A program made the position numbers and the translations under genes. Below, piece after piece: positions 43,409 through 53,250 of a stretch of DNA of 64,000 nt (position 1 is its first letter; each line of letters starts with the position of its first letter). Under the pieces are notes generated by a model that worked only from the letters and a program-made list of their open reading frames with translations, did not search any database and was not told where the DNA came from. This DNA comes from a virus, in IMG/VR virus record IMGVR_UViG_3300034071_001262. The stretch is one strand, 5' to 3'.

Positions 43409-45511
43409 TTATTCATTATTTTTATCATATTCACACAATGCAGAAGCATAAATAAATTTCAATTCATTAGTTGTTGCATGTCTATTATTGTGGGTATTGA
43501 ATGCCTTAATTTGTAAATTAATCTCATTCATACATTGTGTTGGTATATTTTGCTTACTATCAAGTATAGTCTTAATACCATCTTCGGTAACTGATTCAAA
43601 TATTTGCATATTAGAAAATACTCGTAGTTTTAAATGATCCAATTGATTAAGTTCGTCTTTATTTAAACTACGTATATTTGGTTTATTAAAATGTTTTAAA
43701 GCTACTGGATTTAAAATATCAGCAATTTGGTTTTGGGCGTCAATACCCCATAATAATGCTGTAGATGCTTCACCAGTTTTTGGCAAGACACGCTTTTGTT
43801 TACGTTTTTGGGTATCCCTAGTAAATGGTGGTCTACCGGGGGTTTTTACTTCTGTATTTTGCTTTTGTTGTGGAACATTAGGTATTGAATTTTCGGTAAC
43901 TACAACAGCATCTTTAATTGGTAAATCAATTTCTTCAAAATATTCATCAGACAACATATCTTTATTAAGAGCGATTTTTTCAATCTCGTTTTTATGTTGA
44001 GGATTATGAAAAGGACTAGCTTTTTCTGGAATAATATCTGCTTTTCTATCTCGCTCTTCTCGCCTCACTCTTACTCTTTCTATTGATGGCAGTTCTCTAA
44101 ATCTCTCTAATAATGTTTCTTGAGAAATTATGTCTCTATCAGCTAACTGAATAAGTAATTGTTTTTGTGCAGCTTCGTCAGATAGAACTATTGAATCAAA
44201 ATGAATTTCTGCTGGAAATCTAAAATTCATAGCCTTACGAACTATTTCAATTTCTTTACGCCAAAATTGCGCAAGTATTTCTCTACCATATTCTAGTCTT
44301 TCAATCAATGTTTTTAAAGAAACATAATTATTAGTATATCCGCCATTACTAGTTGCCCCAGTTAATGTTGGTGGGATACCCAATCCCGCATATATGCTAG
44401 TTAATACTGGTTGATATTTTTCTGATCCTAAAAATCTATAAACTTGCGATTGACTTTCTGTAAACTTTAATTCTGGACCCCATACTAAATCCATAGTTCC
44501 GCCACCAACGTTGCTTGCTAAAATATCTCTTAATTTATTAATAGCGGCTTTAGTTGGTATAATTTTATTATCTAAATCTCCAATAGTCCATAATCTGACA
44601 TTAGAAATTGCGCCATCTAAAGCGGCTAGATCTGCAAGTTTCATTTTTTCTAACATGATAATATCGTCTAATATTGCATATATCATAGGATTGGCCCATA
44701 ATAACCAATCATCTTTTTTATAATGATAAAACGATACTTCATCTAAATTAAGTGGTATTCTTCTGTCGCCACCTTCTATTCTTTTTTGTAGATCATTTGG
44801 CAAAGTCTTGAAAATTGCTTTATTGCCTTCTGTACTTTTAGTCAAAGACTCATATGTATACTTTGAAATATTTAATACATATTCTGGTTTACCAACTATG
44901 TATCCACCATAATTTACAACATCAATAGCAATCGGATTGAGAAAGTCATATACCCAAGGTATCTCTCTTCTTTTTACCTTCGTTATAGACAAATCTATAT
45001 CTGCACCACTGGTCTTTAGTATCTCTTGTTCATTTTCTCTATTTAATTTAGCTGTTCTTCTTTTTACAACTACGTTACCACATCTATAAAGATAATTCAA
45101 AAACCTTTCAGATCGATCAACACCACCTATTTGAACAAACCATTTTCTATAAAATCTTTCAACATTTTTATTAGGATGAACAATTGTTAATCCTTGAGCC
45201 GCAAAATCGCTCATTAAATCAATAACATTTCTAACGATGCCAACTTTATCATAAGCCTGCATACACATCTTAATGATGCGTTTTTGATAATTTGAAACAT
45301 GTTCACCGGGCCTAAAATTATCATAGTCTTCTCTAAGAAAAGAAGTTCTAACAGATCGATTTGGCTCAATGTCTAAATAACTAGTACGCCTGCCATAGGC
45401 TACAGCTTTTTGTATACCATCATACGCTTCAATATTGTCATGGGTTTGGTCATACGCTGCTTGTTTTTGAGTTTCACTTTCCCATGTCTTGTATAATGGT
45501 TCTTTTGACAT
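43409..45511 (-). CDS. Portal protein
   Basis: 700 aa after terminase; IYAGLGIPPTL motif; basic GRP tail. Confidence 0.85.
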   Translation of the reverse strand: MSKEPLYKTWESETQKQAAYDQTHDNIEAYDGIQKAVAYGRRTSYLDIEPNRSVRTSFLREDYDNFRPGEHVSNYQKRIIKMCMQAYDKVGIVRNVIDLMSDFAAQGLTIVHPNKNVERFYRKWFVQIGGVDRSERFLNYLYRCGNVVVKRRTAKLNRENEQEILKTSGADIDLSITKVKRREIPWVYDFLNPIAIDVVNYGGYIVGKPEYVLNISKYTYESLTKSTEGNKAIFKTLPNDLQKRIEGGDRRIPLNLDEVSFYHYKKDDWLLWANPMIYAILDDIIMLEKMKLADLAALDGAISNVRLWTIGDLDNKIIPTKAAINKLRDILASNVGGGTMDLVWGPELKFTESQSQVYRFLGSEKYQPVLTSIYAGLGIPPTLTGATSNGGYTNNYVSLKTLIERLEYGREILAQFWRKEIEIVRKAMNFRFPAEIHFDSIVLSDEAAQKQLLIQLADRDIISQETLLERFRELPSIERVRVRREERDRKADIIPEKASPFHNPQHKNEIEKIALNKDMLSDEYFEEIDLPIKDAVVVTENSIPNVPQQKQNTEVKTPGRPPFTRDTQKRKQKRVLPKTGEASTALLWGIDAQNQIADILNPVALKHFNKPNIRSLNKDELNQLDHLKLRVFSNMQIFESVTEDGIKTILDSKQNIPTQCMNEINLQIKAFNTHNNRHATTNELKFIYASALCEYDKNNE

Positions 45512-45561
45512 TAGTATTGATCTCCGATTAATGGTATTGTCAATTGTATTATATTATATTT

Positions 45562-45568
45562 TACACAA
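45562..45568 (-). promoter_or_regulatory. Candidate late-promoter motif TTGTGTA
   Basis: Intergenic, upstream of portal. Confidence 0.55.
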
Positions 45569-47548
45569 TCAATATAGATTTTGCGTTTTTTCAGTAAACC
45601 AATTTGGTCCATAAAATAATTTTTCATTGTTAAATTTTGATGCTTTATCAGTCATAGCAAAACCGCCTATAGCACCATACTCAATATTTTGCTTATATAT
45701 GACATAAGATCTTGCAGACATATTAGCCATTAATAATGCTGAATATCTATCTTTTCTAAGTCTGCTTTTTTTTCCTGCTGCTAATTTTACCTCTGGTGTG
45801 TCCCATCTTTCTCTGCCATTTGTAGTTTGTGTCATAACAATCATAGATAATTCATCTTTTAATTCTTCAATTTCCATTACGCAGTCTTCCAATGTATCAT
45901 ATAATCTATTAGCAATTTTATCTTCTTCTATAGATAATCCAATACTAGCTGAATCAAAAAATGGGAATAATAATACTTTATCTTCAAAGTCTTTTCTCAT
46001 GCCGTGATTAGCTTCTGCTAGCCAATCAGCCCTAGCAAACTGACATATACGCAATATATGTAATCCATTATTATCATCAGTATCTTTTGGTTTATCTTCT
46101 TCAATTGTCGGCCAAATAGCCACTTCGTCTGATTGCATTTTATCTCTATCGTGCAACGCCTCCATTACGGCAATACCACCGCCCTGCGCATCAATGGCTA
46201 TTTCAACACATGGAAATGTACGCATTAGAGAGCGAATTTTTTTAGCACAATAGGCATAAAAATCGTCTTCATCTGTAATTTTAGATTTAATCTGATTTTT
46301 ATGTTGCTGTCTAGTCGTGGTCCAAGAATATACTATTCTTCTATGGTCGGCATTTAATTCAACTACAATAATACTAAAATTATCCACTTCAGAAGCTGGG
46401 TCTACACCAAATATATACTTTTTATTTGGATCGCCTTTTAGCATTGCACCAAAATGTATTTCACCAGATGGTAAAGTAATTGGATTGGTCATTGATGCAG
46501 TACATGATTCTAGCAAGCTTCTTTTAAAGAAACCTTGACTATCAGTAGTAAAACATGCACCATATTCCATATTATATATACCAGAGTGTATTGTGGCTTT
46601 AGCTCTTGCTATTTGGCCTTCATCCATAAATCCATCTGGTAGTTTAGTTACTGGCATACGTATAATAGAATATTCTTTCCAATCAAATTCACTTGGTATT
46701 TCATCGCCAAAAATTTCCTTTAACGCATGTGGATCGCCTTTGCTTTGTATAATTGATTTATATCTTTTCCAATAATCTGAAAAATGATTAAAATCATAAT
46801 AAGCAGTTCCAGATAAAACAATTTGATTAGATTTTTCTATTGAATTATTTACATCTACATCAATATTAATTCCTAACTCTTGAGCCTTTTTAGCCCTTGC
46901 TTTACTTTTTACTTTATCTATTGGAGATGCGGATACGGCAGCGAAACCAGCAACAACATTTTCAAATATATCTCTAGGAATACTAGCAAACTCATCAGCA
47001 ATAATATCATTTGCTCTTTGGCCTCTAATTTTACTGCCATCCCCAAGTGGTAAGCACGTAATAGTACTTTGATTAATATGCATAACACATCTATCCACAT
47101 CTCTACGTGGACCACTATTATTGTCACATAAGTCGCGCAATATAGGAGCATTCTTCCAGATTGTATCCATGTATTCAAAAAGAACTTTAGACTGTCTAAA
47201 TGCAGCACCAACTACTACTATTTTTCTTGCTGGCATAAACATGGCTCTTAAAAGTGGGTATATAGATAATAAGAAAGATTTACCCATGCCACGACTTCCA
47301 ATAAGCATTGGAAATTTTCTATGCCATAATTCATGCAAGAAAAGAGCTTGAAATGGAGAGATTTCAATATTCAGTATATATTTACAGACAAATGAAAAAT
47401 ACTCTGGCCGCATCATTAGCCAAGCTATTCTTTCTAATAGATTGTCGCTGTCAGAGACATCTACAACAAAATCCATAGGATTAAATAACTTAGATTCATT
47501 TACATGAATACCAAGCCAAGCATCATTAATTATCTGTTGTTGTTGCAT
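45569..47548 (-). CDS. terL: Terminase large subunit
   Basis: Walker A SRGMGKS, IRGQRA..IIADE Walker B, nuclease GVDPA...D, KDRYSA. Confidence 0.92.
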   Translation of the reverse strand: MQQQQIINDAWLGIHVNESKLFNPMDFVVDVSDSDNLLERIAWLMMRPEYFSFVCKYILNIEISPFQALFLHELWHRKFPMLIGSRGMGKSFLLSIYPLLRAMFMPARKIVVVGAAFRQSKVLFEYMDTIWKNAPILRDLCDNNSGPRRDVDRCVMHINQSTITCLPLGDGSKIRGQRANDIIADEFASIPRDIFENVVAGFAAVSASPIDKVKSKARAKKAQELGINIDVDVNNSIEKSNQIVLSGTAYYDFNHFSDYWKRYKSIIQSKGDPHALKEIFGDEIPSEFDWKEYSIIRMPVTKLPDGFMDEGQIARAKATIHSGIYNMEYGACFTTDSQGFFKRSLLESCTASMTNPITLPSGEIHFGAMLKGDPNKKYIFGVDPASEVDNFSIIVVELNADHRRIVYSWTTTRQQHKNQIKSKITDEDDFYAYCAKKIRSLMRTFPCVEIAIDAQGGGIAVMEALHDRDKMQSDEVAIWPTIEEDKPKDTDDNNGLHILRICQFARADWLAEANHGMRKDFEDKVLLFPFFDSASIGLSIEEDKIANRLYDTLEDCVMEIEELKDELSMIVMTQTTNGRERWDTPEVKLAAGKKSRLRKDRYSALLMANMSARSYVIYKQNIEYGAIGGFAMTDKASKFNNEKLFYGPNWFTEKTQNLY

Positions 47549-47861
47549 TATTTATTAGAAAATCTATAACTTCTTTATTTCGTGGATCATCAATACATCC
47601 AATAAGTAAAGTAGCCATAGAGTTTACAGCCTTTTCCTCTTCTTCCCTTTTTTCCAGCCCCAGTAGTGACCAAACCCCATGTAATATTTCATGCAATAAA
47701 GTATCCCTCATTACTGATAAATGCGTCTCACAATATACTCTTATTACTCTTTTATCAGTGCAACAATCTCCATATGTGTCAGTATAATCAAATAATTCTT
47801 TTGGAAGAGGTTCAATAACAAACTCATGCCCCATAATAAATACCCTGCTAGGTAGTTCCAT
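47526..47861 (-). CDS. Small zincin-like metalloprotein
   Basis: DTLLHEILH (HExxH) plus downstream EEEKAV; start chosen at the internal ATG. Confidence 0.7.
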   Translation of the reverse strand: MELPSRVFIMGHEFVIEPLPKELFDYTDTYGDCCTDKRVIRVYCETHLSVMRDTLLHEILHGVWSLLGLEKREEEEKAVNSMATLLIGCIDDPRNKEVIDFLINNATTTDN

Positions 47862-48351
47862 GTGCATTATTATTTTCCTTATGAAAAAGTTCATTGAGCC
47901 TTTTAAATAAACTATTACAGACTAAAAATGCATTGTTTTTATTTCCACAAAAAATAATTTTTGTATTATACCATATTTGAAATTCTAGTAAGCATTTAAG
48001 AAGATATTTACCAGTAACTTTAACTTGACTTCTAGAAGTTCTTGGCACCCGTGATCCTTCTGGATATTTTAATATATCATCAACATTGAATTCACAAATT
48101 ATGAAAGAAAATGCATAATCTTTCATACGCTCTATTTCTGCATTAAATGCGCCCTTTTTTCTGCCTAGATTCATTGCTATTTCTGAAACACAAGCTTTAC
48201 GCTCCACGCAAACTACATCTTCAAAACCTTCTAATGTATAATCTCCTGTATGTAATGTTTTAATCTCCATACCTATACAAGCATCGTATGGAGAAAAAAA
48301 CCATCCATCCTGCTCTCTAGTATCTTTAATTACTTTATAGCTCGGTGGCAT
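47848..48351 (-). CDS. ERCC4-domain nuclease
   Basis: DTREQ...L.TGDY...VERK motif. Confidence 0.85.
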   Translation of the reverse strand: MPPSYKVIKDTREQDGWFFSPYDACIGMEIKTLHTGDYTLEGFEDVVCVERKACVSEIAMNLGRKKGAFNAEIERMKDYAFSFIICEFNVDDILKYPEGSRVPRTSRSQVKVTGKYLLKCLLEFQIWYNTKIIFCGNKNNAFLVCNSLFKRLNELFHKENNNAHGTT

Positions 48352-48613
48352 TACTTTTGAGGTTTCTTATTGTTGCTAAATTTTTATCTGAGTCAAATGC
48401 AAATGATAAAACACCAGACCTTCTCTGCGGCTTGAATTGATCATATAACTGATTATAGGTCGCTCCATCCATCGATACTGTAAGCAATCCACCAGCTTTA
48501 AGATTTTGAATTTGCTCTTGTGTGGTTAGTTGTTTTACAACAGGCTTTGGCGAAACTGAAACATCTATAGGAAATTCGACTTTTTTAATGTTTGTATCTA
48601 ATTTGTTATCCAT
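48335..48613 (-). CDS. Hypothetical protein
   Basis: 92 aa, overlaps both neighbours. Confidence 0.55.
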   Translation of the reverse strand: MDNKLDTNIKKVEFPIDVSVSPKPVVKQLTTQEQIQNLKAGGLLTVSMDGATYNQLYDQFKPQRRSGVLSFAFDSDKNLATIRNLKSNATEL

Positions 48614-48869
48614 CTGCGTTTCTCCTTATAATTTCGTTGAAATAAGAGATATAACACGATTCTTTGCCACTTATCTCCTCATGACAGTTTTTGCATAATG
48701 TAATTCCATTAGAGACATCGAATCGTAGTGAAGAAGCAGATGACCACTTTATAATATGATGGACATGAAGCTTCTTCTTTTGTCTACACATTTGACATGT
48801 AGATTTATCTCTCTTCAGTACCTCTTTTCTAAATGCTTCATATGCTGGGTCTTTATAATTTCGCTTCAT
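48606..48869 (-). CDS. HNH endonuclease
   Basis: RD..TCQMC...LHVHHI...NGITLCKNCH. Confidence 0.9.
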   Translation of the reverse strand: MKRNYKDPAYEAFRKEVLKRDKSTCQMCRQKKKLHVHHIIKWSSASSLRFDVSNGITLCKNCHEEISGKESCYISYFNEIIRRNADG

Positions 48870-49851
48870 TTATATCGTTATTTACCATTCTTTGAACGAG
48901 TTTTTTGAAGCTGATATTTGGAATCCAGCCAAGCATTGTATTTGCTTTAGTAGCTTTTCCTAAAAGATAATCAACCTCGGATGGTCTATAAAACTCTGGA
49001 TCTTGTACGACAAGATTATTCCAATCATTAATTCCTATATAATTAAATGCCTCATTTAAAAAGTCCCTAATACTATGTGTCTCATTTGTAGCAATAACAT
49101 AGTCTGAAGCATTTGGCTGTTGTAACATAAGCCACATCGCCCTTACGTAATCTTCAGCATGACCCCAATCCCTATGCGCCTCTAAATTGCCCAATCTCAA
49201 TGCTGGAAAAGTCGGCTTATTATTAGAATTATACCACCTGCCAATCCACTTAGTAATCTTACGTGTTACGAATTGTTCTCCGCGTCTTTCAGATTCATGA
49301 TTGAATAATATGCCACTACACGCATAAAGCCCATAAGAATTACGATAATTATCTACTAGATGGTGTGCAGCAAGTTTAGCAATAGCGTATGGACTTTGTG
49401 GTTGAAACTTGGTATTTTCATCTTGATATTTAAGACCATTGTTAGTATCATAATTTCTACCAAACATTTCGCTAGAAGATGCTTGATAGTATTTTACATG
49501 CTGGGTAAGATTTAAACATCGTATTGATTCTAGAATATTTAGACATCCACCAGCGGTTATTTCCCAAGTTAAAGATGGCTGTTTAAAAGAAGTACCAACA
49601 TGCGATTGAGCCGCCAGATTATAGATTTCATCTGGAGTATTTGACTTTATAATATTTGAGACACAGAATTGATCACTAATATCGCCCTCAATAATATCTA
49701 GCCTATTGTTATCAATATGCTTTAATCTCTGTGTTGTATCTACCGACACTCTTCTTGCCACGCCTGTAACATGATAGTTCTGTTTTAATAAAAACTCAGC
49801 TAAATAACTTCCATCTTGTCCAGTAATCCCAAATACTAAAGCTCTTTTCAT
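48853..49851 (-). CDS. gmd: GDP-mannose 4,6-dehydratase
   Basis: GITGQDGSYLAE, YNLAAQSHV, QASSSEMFG, SPYAIAK, GILFNHES, RDWGHA. Confidence 0.95.
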   Translation of the reverse strand: MKRALVFGITGQDGSYLAEFLLKQNYHVTGVARRVSVDTTQRLKHIDNNRLDIIEGDISDQFCVSNIIKSNTPDEIYNLAAQSHVGTSFKQPSLTWEITAGGCLNILESIRCLNLTQHVKYYQASSSEMFGRNYDTNNGLKYQDENTKFQPQSPYAIAKLAAHHLVDNYRNSYGLYACSGILFNHESERRGEQFVTRKITKWIGRWYNSNNKPTFPALRLGNLEAHRDWGHAEDYVRAMWLMLQQPNASDYVIATNETHSIRDFLNEAFNYIGINDWNNLVVQDPEFYRPSEVDYLLGKATKANTMLGWIPNISFKKLVQRMVNNDINEAKL

Positions 49852-49863
49852 AACCTATGTTCC

Positions 49864-50664
49864 TTATTCTTGTATGGTGTCCGATGTTAAAAATGGCTGG
49901 TCTACTTGTCCGTCCTCATAGGTGTGATATTCTGATAAGCGTTCTTTTTCGTATTCCATTGCCAATCGCATTTTTTCCATTTCTATTCCTATCGTAGTTC
50001 TATATTGTGGATCAGTAGCTATTTTTTTTACTAGTGAAGCAAATGTTTGCTTAGAATCTTCAATCGCTTTAATTCTTTGTTCGCGTGTTCCTTTAAGATC
50101 CTTTAACATTGTTGCTTTACGTGACTGTAGATCTTTATAGTCTCTAGATAATGTTTCTTGTGATGCGCGTAACATTGCCACCTGACGCTCTAAATTGACT
50201 ATTAGATCTACGTCGCGCATATCTTTATCTTTTGCTTTTTCATCCTGTATTAGACGCTCATTGAGAACAATTTCCCGTTGGGTATCTTGTTGGCCCCTTA
50301 GAATTCTATTCATCAATATTTCTAATTTAATAGTATCCACTATTTGCATTTCTTCAGTATGGAACACATCGTCTTTAAACTGACTCCACATTTTCTTAAA
50401 ATGAAACTCAAACATTTCTAATTCTTCTGGAGAGAATTGTGAAAATAGCTCTTTATAGTAAGGCTTAGTTTTTAATTCATTTGCAACTTCAGCTTCTTTT
50501 TTTTGCTTAGTAGAAAATCCGATCTTCAGACCGATCCAATTACGAATAGATTCTGGATCTCTATCTAATGCTTTGGCTATTTCAATACTCGAAAGAACCT
50601 CGGCATTCGCCTCGATAAATTTCATTTCATCAGTAGTAAATCTACCCTTTTTCATTATCTTCAC
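49864..50664 (-). CDS. HTH/coiled-coil protein (possible terminase small subunit)
   Basis: N-terminal IAKALDRDPESIR HTH-like stretch and long coiled coil; function is a positional guess. Confidence 0.35.
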   Translation of the reverse strand: MKIMKKGRFTTDEMKFIEANAEVLSSIEIAKALDRDPESIRNWIGLKIGFSTKQKKEAEVANELKTKPYYKELFSQFSPEELEMFEFHFKKMWSQFKDDVFHTEEMQIVDTIKLEILMNRILRGQQDTQREIVLNERLIQDEKAKDKDMRDVDLIVNLERQVAMLRASQETLSRDYKDLQSRKATMLKDLKGTREQRIKAIEDSKQTFASLVKKIATDPQYRTTIGIEMEKMRLAMEYEKERLSEYHTYEDGQVDQPFLTSDTIQE

Positions 50665-51169
50665 CTTCGTTTAATATTTCTTTGATGATGTTAAGAATTA
50701 TAGCCTTACGGCTTTTAGGCAAAGGAGAGTTTGTCTTGAGTTTAAGATAGTCGCGGCGATATTTGGCGGGAAGTTTCTCATCGATATATTTTAAGATCTC
50801 AGTTATGTGAATATTATTTGGGGCGTCTTCTTTAGAAGATACAGCATATATATTATCTATACCAATAGGTTCAAGAAGGTGTTTTTTGCGATCTTGTATT
50901 TGTTGGGCGCTACCAATATCTAATCTATAGTAATTATCGCGTTTAAAATTCTTTAATCTATTTGAGATGTGGGTAAATAAGAAATTTGACAATGGGCGAG
51001 ATTCATCATACTTTTCCATTCCGTCTATTCCTATAATTACGGCCTCTTGGAATATATCGTCAACCTCATATGATGCAAAAACAAATTTGGGGGCCAGTTG
51101 TCGGGCGATCTTAGTTATAGTATCTATGACTTCTTGTTCTGTGAGATTTTTAGGAATTTTCATCTTCAA
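50642..51169 (-). CDS. Phage sigma70-family sigma factor
   Basis: Region-2 motif DDIFQEA.IIG....EKYD.SR.LSNFL...I.NRL. Confidence 0.75.
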   Translation of the reverse strand: MKMKIPKNLTEQEVIDTITKIARQLAPKFVFASYEVDDIFQEAVIIGIDGMEKYDESRPLSNFLFTHISNRLKNFKRDNYYRLDIGSAQQIQDRKKHLLEPIGIDNIYAVSSKEDAPNNIHITEILKYIDEKLPAKYRRDYLKLKTNSPLPKSRKAIILNIIKEILNEGEDNEKG

Positions 51170-51380
51170 GCCTTAATTTTTCCTCTAGGGCTTGTTCGTA
51201 TGGAATTCCATGAATAGTGTGTGGTGGCGAGTATGATGTATAGTTCCCACTGGCGAATAAATCAGACATATCTACATCTGGAACGGGCTTACTTAATATC
51301 TCACGAATTTCCCTATCTAGCTGGGCCATACTTTTAGTTTTAAGTTGGGCCTCTATATTCTGTGTTTTTTTCTTTGGCAT
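51150..51380 (-). CDS. Hypothetical protein, first gene of leftward arm
   Basis: 76 aa; GGAGG RBS. Confidence 0.65.
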   Translation of the reverse strand: MPKKKTQNIEAQLKTKSMAQLDREIREILSKPVPDVDMSDLFASGNYTSYSPPHTIHGIPYEQALEEKLRLEDENS

Positions 51381-51563
51381 TTTTGGTTTCCTCCGTAGCT
51401 ATTATATGCAGTGTGGTTCAATAGATGCACAATATTCGTATCATTGGCACAATCTGAAACTATTAGGTTAGACATATTTGATATCATGTTGTATTGCGAG
51501 TGAACCACCCCGGTGTTTTACCTAGATTACCAGACTTACCTATTTGAACAGAAAACCCCCTAT

Positions 51564-51606
51564 GGCCCCCCATTTTTATCCTAAGTCTATATGTGGTAAG
51601 GACTTA
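51564..51606 (-). repeat. Half copy of the 78-bp element
   Basis: GGCCCCCC core in register, 10 nt before TAAGTCTAT-N7-AAGGACTTA. Confidence 0.65.
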
Positions 51607-51647
51607 TGTCATGCAAGAAAAATTCTCAAAAAAACGTTTGTTCAGTG

Positions 51648-51683
51648 TTGACGACTCAAGAATCTTTGGTATAATGTCGATAT
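51648..51683 (+). promoter_or_regulatory. sigma70 promoter with overlapping sigma28-like promoter
   Basis: TTGACG-16-TATAAT; TCAAG-15-GTCGATAT. Confidence 0.7.
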
Positions 51684-51699
51684 GAGAAATGAGGGACAA

Positions 51700-51819
51700 A
51701 TGACTTACTGGACAAGCAGAACGAGCGACCGATACGTTGTATACCACAATGGAAAGATTGTCGGAGACTACTTGACATTTGATCAGTGCTTCGCCCTTGT
51801 GTGTTCGCTTCGATCCTAA
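51700..51819 (+). CDS. Small hypothetical protein (39 aa)
   Basis: MTYWTSRTSDRYVVYHNGKIVGDY...; GAGG RBS after the promoter. Confidence 0.55.
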   Translation: MTYWTSRTSDRYVVYHNGKIVGDYLTFDQCFALVCSLRS

Positions 51820-51861
51820 ATAAAAGATTCTGTAGAATAGAGACAACACGAAAGGAAAAAG

Positions 51862-52077
51862 ATGTTTGCAACAGCAAATAAGCCAATTACCAACAGTCTC
51901 GATAAGATTTTCGCCGCTATGCGAACTGGTAAGTATCATGCCGTGATCGATTCGAATGGAAATACCCACATAGGTATCATCAATGGCGTGATGCGTGAAG
52001 ATGGTAGTGGAAAGAATTGGATTGTGACGGTAACTAAGCGTATACTTAGTGAGAAGGTATTCATTTACGCCAATTAG
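51862..52077 (+). CDS. Hypothetical protein
   Basis: 71 aa; AAAGGA RBS; REDGSGKNW. Confidence 0.7.
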   Translation: MFATANKPITNSLDKIFAAMRTGKYHAVIDSNGNTHIGIINGVMREDGSGKNWIVTVTKRILSEKVFIYAN

Positions 52078-52082
52078 CGATT

Positions 52083-52160
52083 CAAACCCTTGCTGCGTAA
52101 GGACTTAGGTCAACGTAGGCCCGCCGTTTTTGTCGTAAACCCTTATGCCACAAGGACTTA
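52083..52160 (-). repeat. 78-bp element copy 1 (core inverted)
   Basis: CAAACCCTT-7-AAGGACTTA, 28-nt linker with centred GGCCCGCC, TAAACCCTT-7-AAGGACTTA. Confidence 0.95.
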
Positions 52161-52178
52161 CGTTGACACCAAAGGTAG

Positions 52179-52329
52179 TGTAGCAAAATGCTGTAGCAAA
52201 ATGCAACACCTGTAGCAAAATGCCACACCTTGGCACGACGCGATCTCAAAATGAGAATGACGTAAAGTATTGTGGCGTAAGGACTTAGGAAGAAAAAAAT
52301 ATTTTTTGGTGAATGGCACAGGAAGTGCA
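52179..52329 (+). promoter_or_regulatory. sigma54 promoter with upstream enhancer-like repeats
   Basis: 3x TGTAGCAAAATGC, TCTCA-3-TGAGA, palindrome 52263-52287, TGGCAC-5-GTGCA at 52314-52329. Confidence 0.7.
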
Positions 52330-52372
52330 TATATATAGGACAACAAAGAAAGAAAGAAAGAGAGAAAGAAAA

Positions 52373-52603
52373 ATGGAAAACCTTATCGTCCTCAATACCG
52401 TTTCTGAACTTCGTGATCTGATCAATACCACTGAGATGACCACGTTTGTTGGTCGTGTTGCTTTTGCAATGGACCTTCTGGAAAGGGTTCGCCATAATGA
52501 CAACATGATCGAAATCAATCATGAGTTGGGATTCTGTGATGATGGTGGATTCATCCAGATTGATGAAATGGGTTATGTGGTCGATGATTATGCGATCCAG
52601 TGA
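52373..52603 (+). CDS. Hypothetical acidic protein
   Basis: MENLIVLNTV...; purine-rich leader. Confidence 0.7.
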   Translation: MENLIVLNTVSELRDLINTTEMTTFVGRVAFAMDLLERVRHNDNMIEINHELGFCDDGGFIQIDEMGYVVDDYAIQ

Positions 52604-52672
52604 TTCCCTATAAGGGGGGTTGTGGCGGAAGAAAAGTTTGGTAGACTCACAGAATCACTAGGAGAAAAAGAG

Positions 52673-52990
52673 ATGGAAAAGTTTCGAATCGTTGAAGAAT
52701 ACAAGCGTACAGTTCGTGGTATCTTCTACGGCATTGCGATCCCTTGCGATAAGCGTACCGCTGATGGTGGTACGATTCGCAGTGAGAAGGTATTGAAGTT
52801 CAATCGTTCCGCCCTTCGAAAGATTGGCAAGCATAAGGTCGAGAAGGTCGATCCTCGCATGGTAGGCGGTGAGGATCGTATGCGTTTCCCAGTTGGCAAG
52901 CCCGGTTCCCCCGAAAGGGTGGTTGCTCTTGCAGAGCAATATGCTAGTCTTAGTGAAGATGAGATGTCGCCCTTTACTGGAGATGAGTGA
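52673..52990 (+). CDS. Hypothetical protein
   Basis: AGGAG RBS; GKPGSPERV. Confidence 0.7.
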   Translation: MEKFRIVEEYKRTVRGIFYGIAIPCDKRTADGGTIRSEKVLKFNRSALRKIGKHKVEKVDPRMVGGEDRMRFPVGKPGSPERVVALAEQYASLSEDEMSPFTGDE

Positions 52991-52994
52991 GAAC

Positions 52995-53144
52995 ATGACC
53001 ATTCAAGTACAAAATACGCTCCGTCGCCTTGTTGCTCATCATGGTTATTCGGCTACATTTGTACAGCATATGGGAGAGGGTATATGTATGTACAGTATCG
53101 GCGGCATCATGTACCGCATTAGAGGGGATGGTACGATTCTCTAA
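52995..53144 (+). CDS. Small hypothetical protein (49 aa)
   Basis: MTIQVQNTLRRLV...YRIRGDGTIL. Confidence 0.6.
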   Translation: MTIQVQNTLRRLVAHHGYSATFVQHMGEGICMYSIGGIMYRIRGDGTIL

Positions 53145-53154
53145 GAACTCGACG

Positions 53155-53232
53155 CAAACCCTTGTGGCGTAAGGACTTACGGCAAGGGCGGCGGGCCAAA
53201 TTCGTCGTAAGTCCTTATGTGGCAACGACTTA
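53155..53232 (+). repeat. 78-bp element copy 2
   Basis: 25-28-25 structure, centred GGCGGGCC. Confidence 0.95.
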
Positions 53233-53250
53233 TGGCGACCCCAAAGGTGG

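Noticed and set aside
52231-52246. Additional sigma54 boxes (also TGGCAC at ~51446)
   Set aside because: TGGCAC is present but there is no GC at the -12 position
52082-52522. Minus-strand ORFs spanning the repeat blocks (also 52974-53521)
   Set aside because: They translate the regulatory repeats, lack an RBS and oppose the local gene orientation
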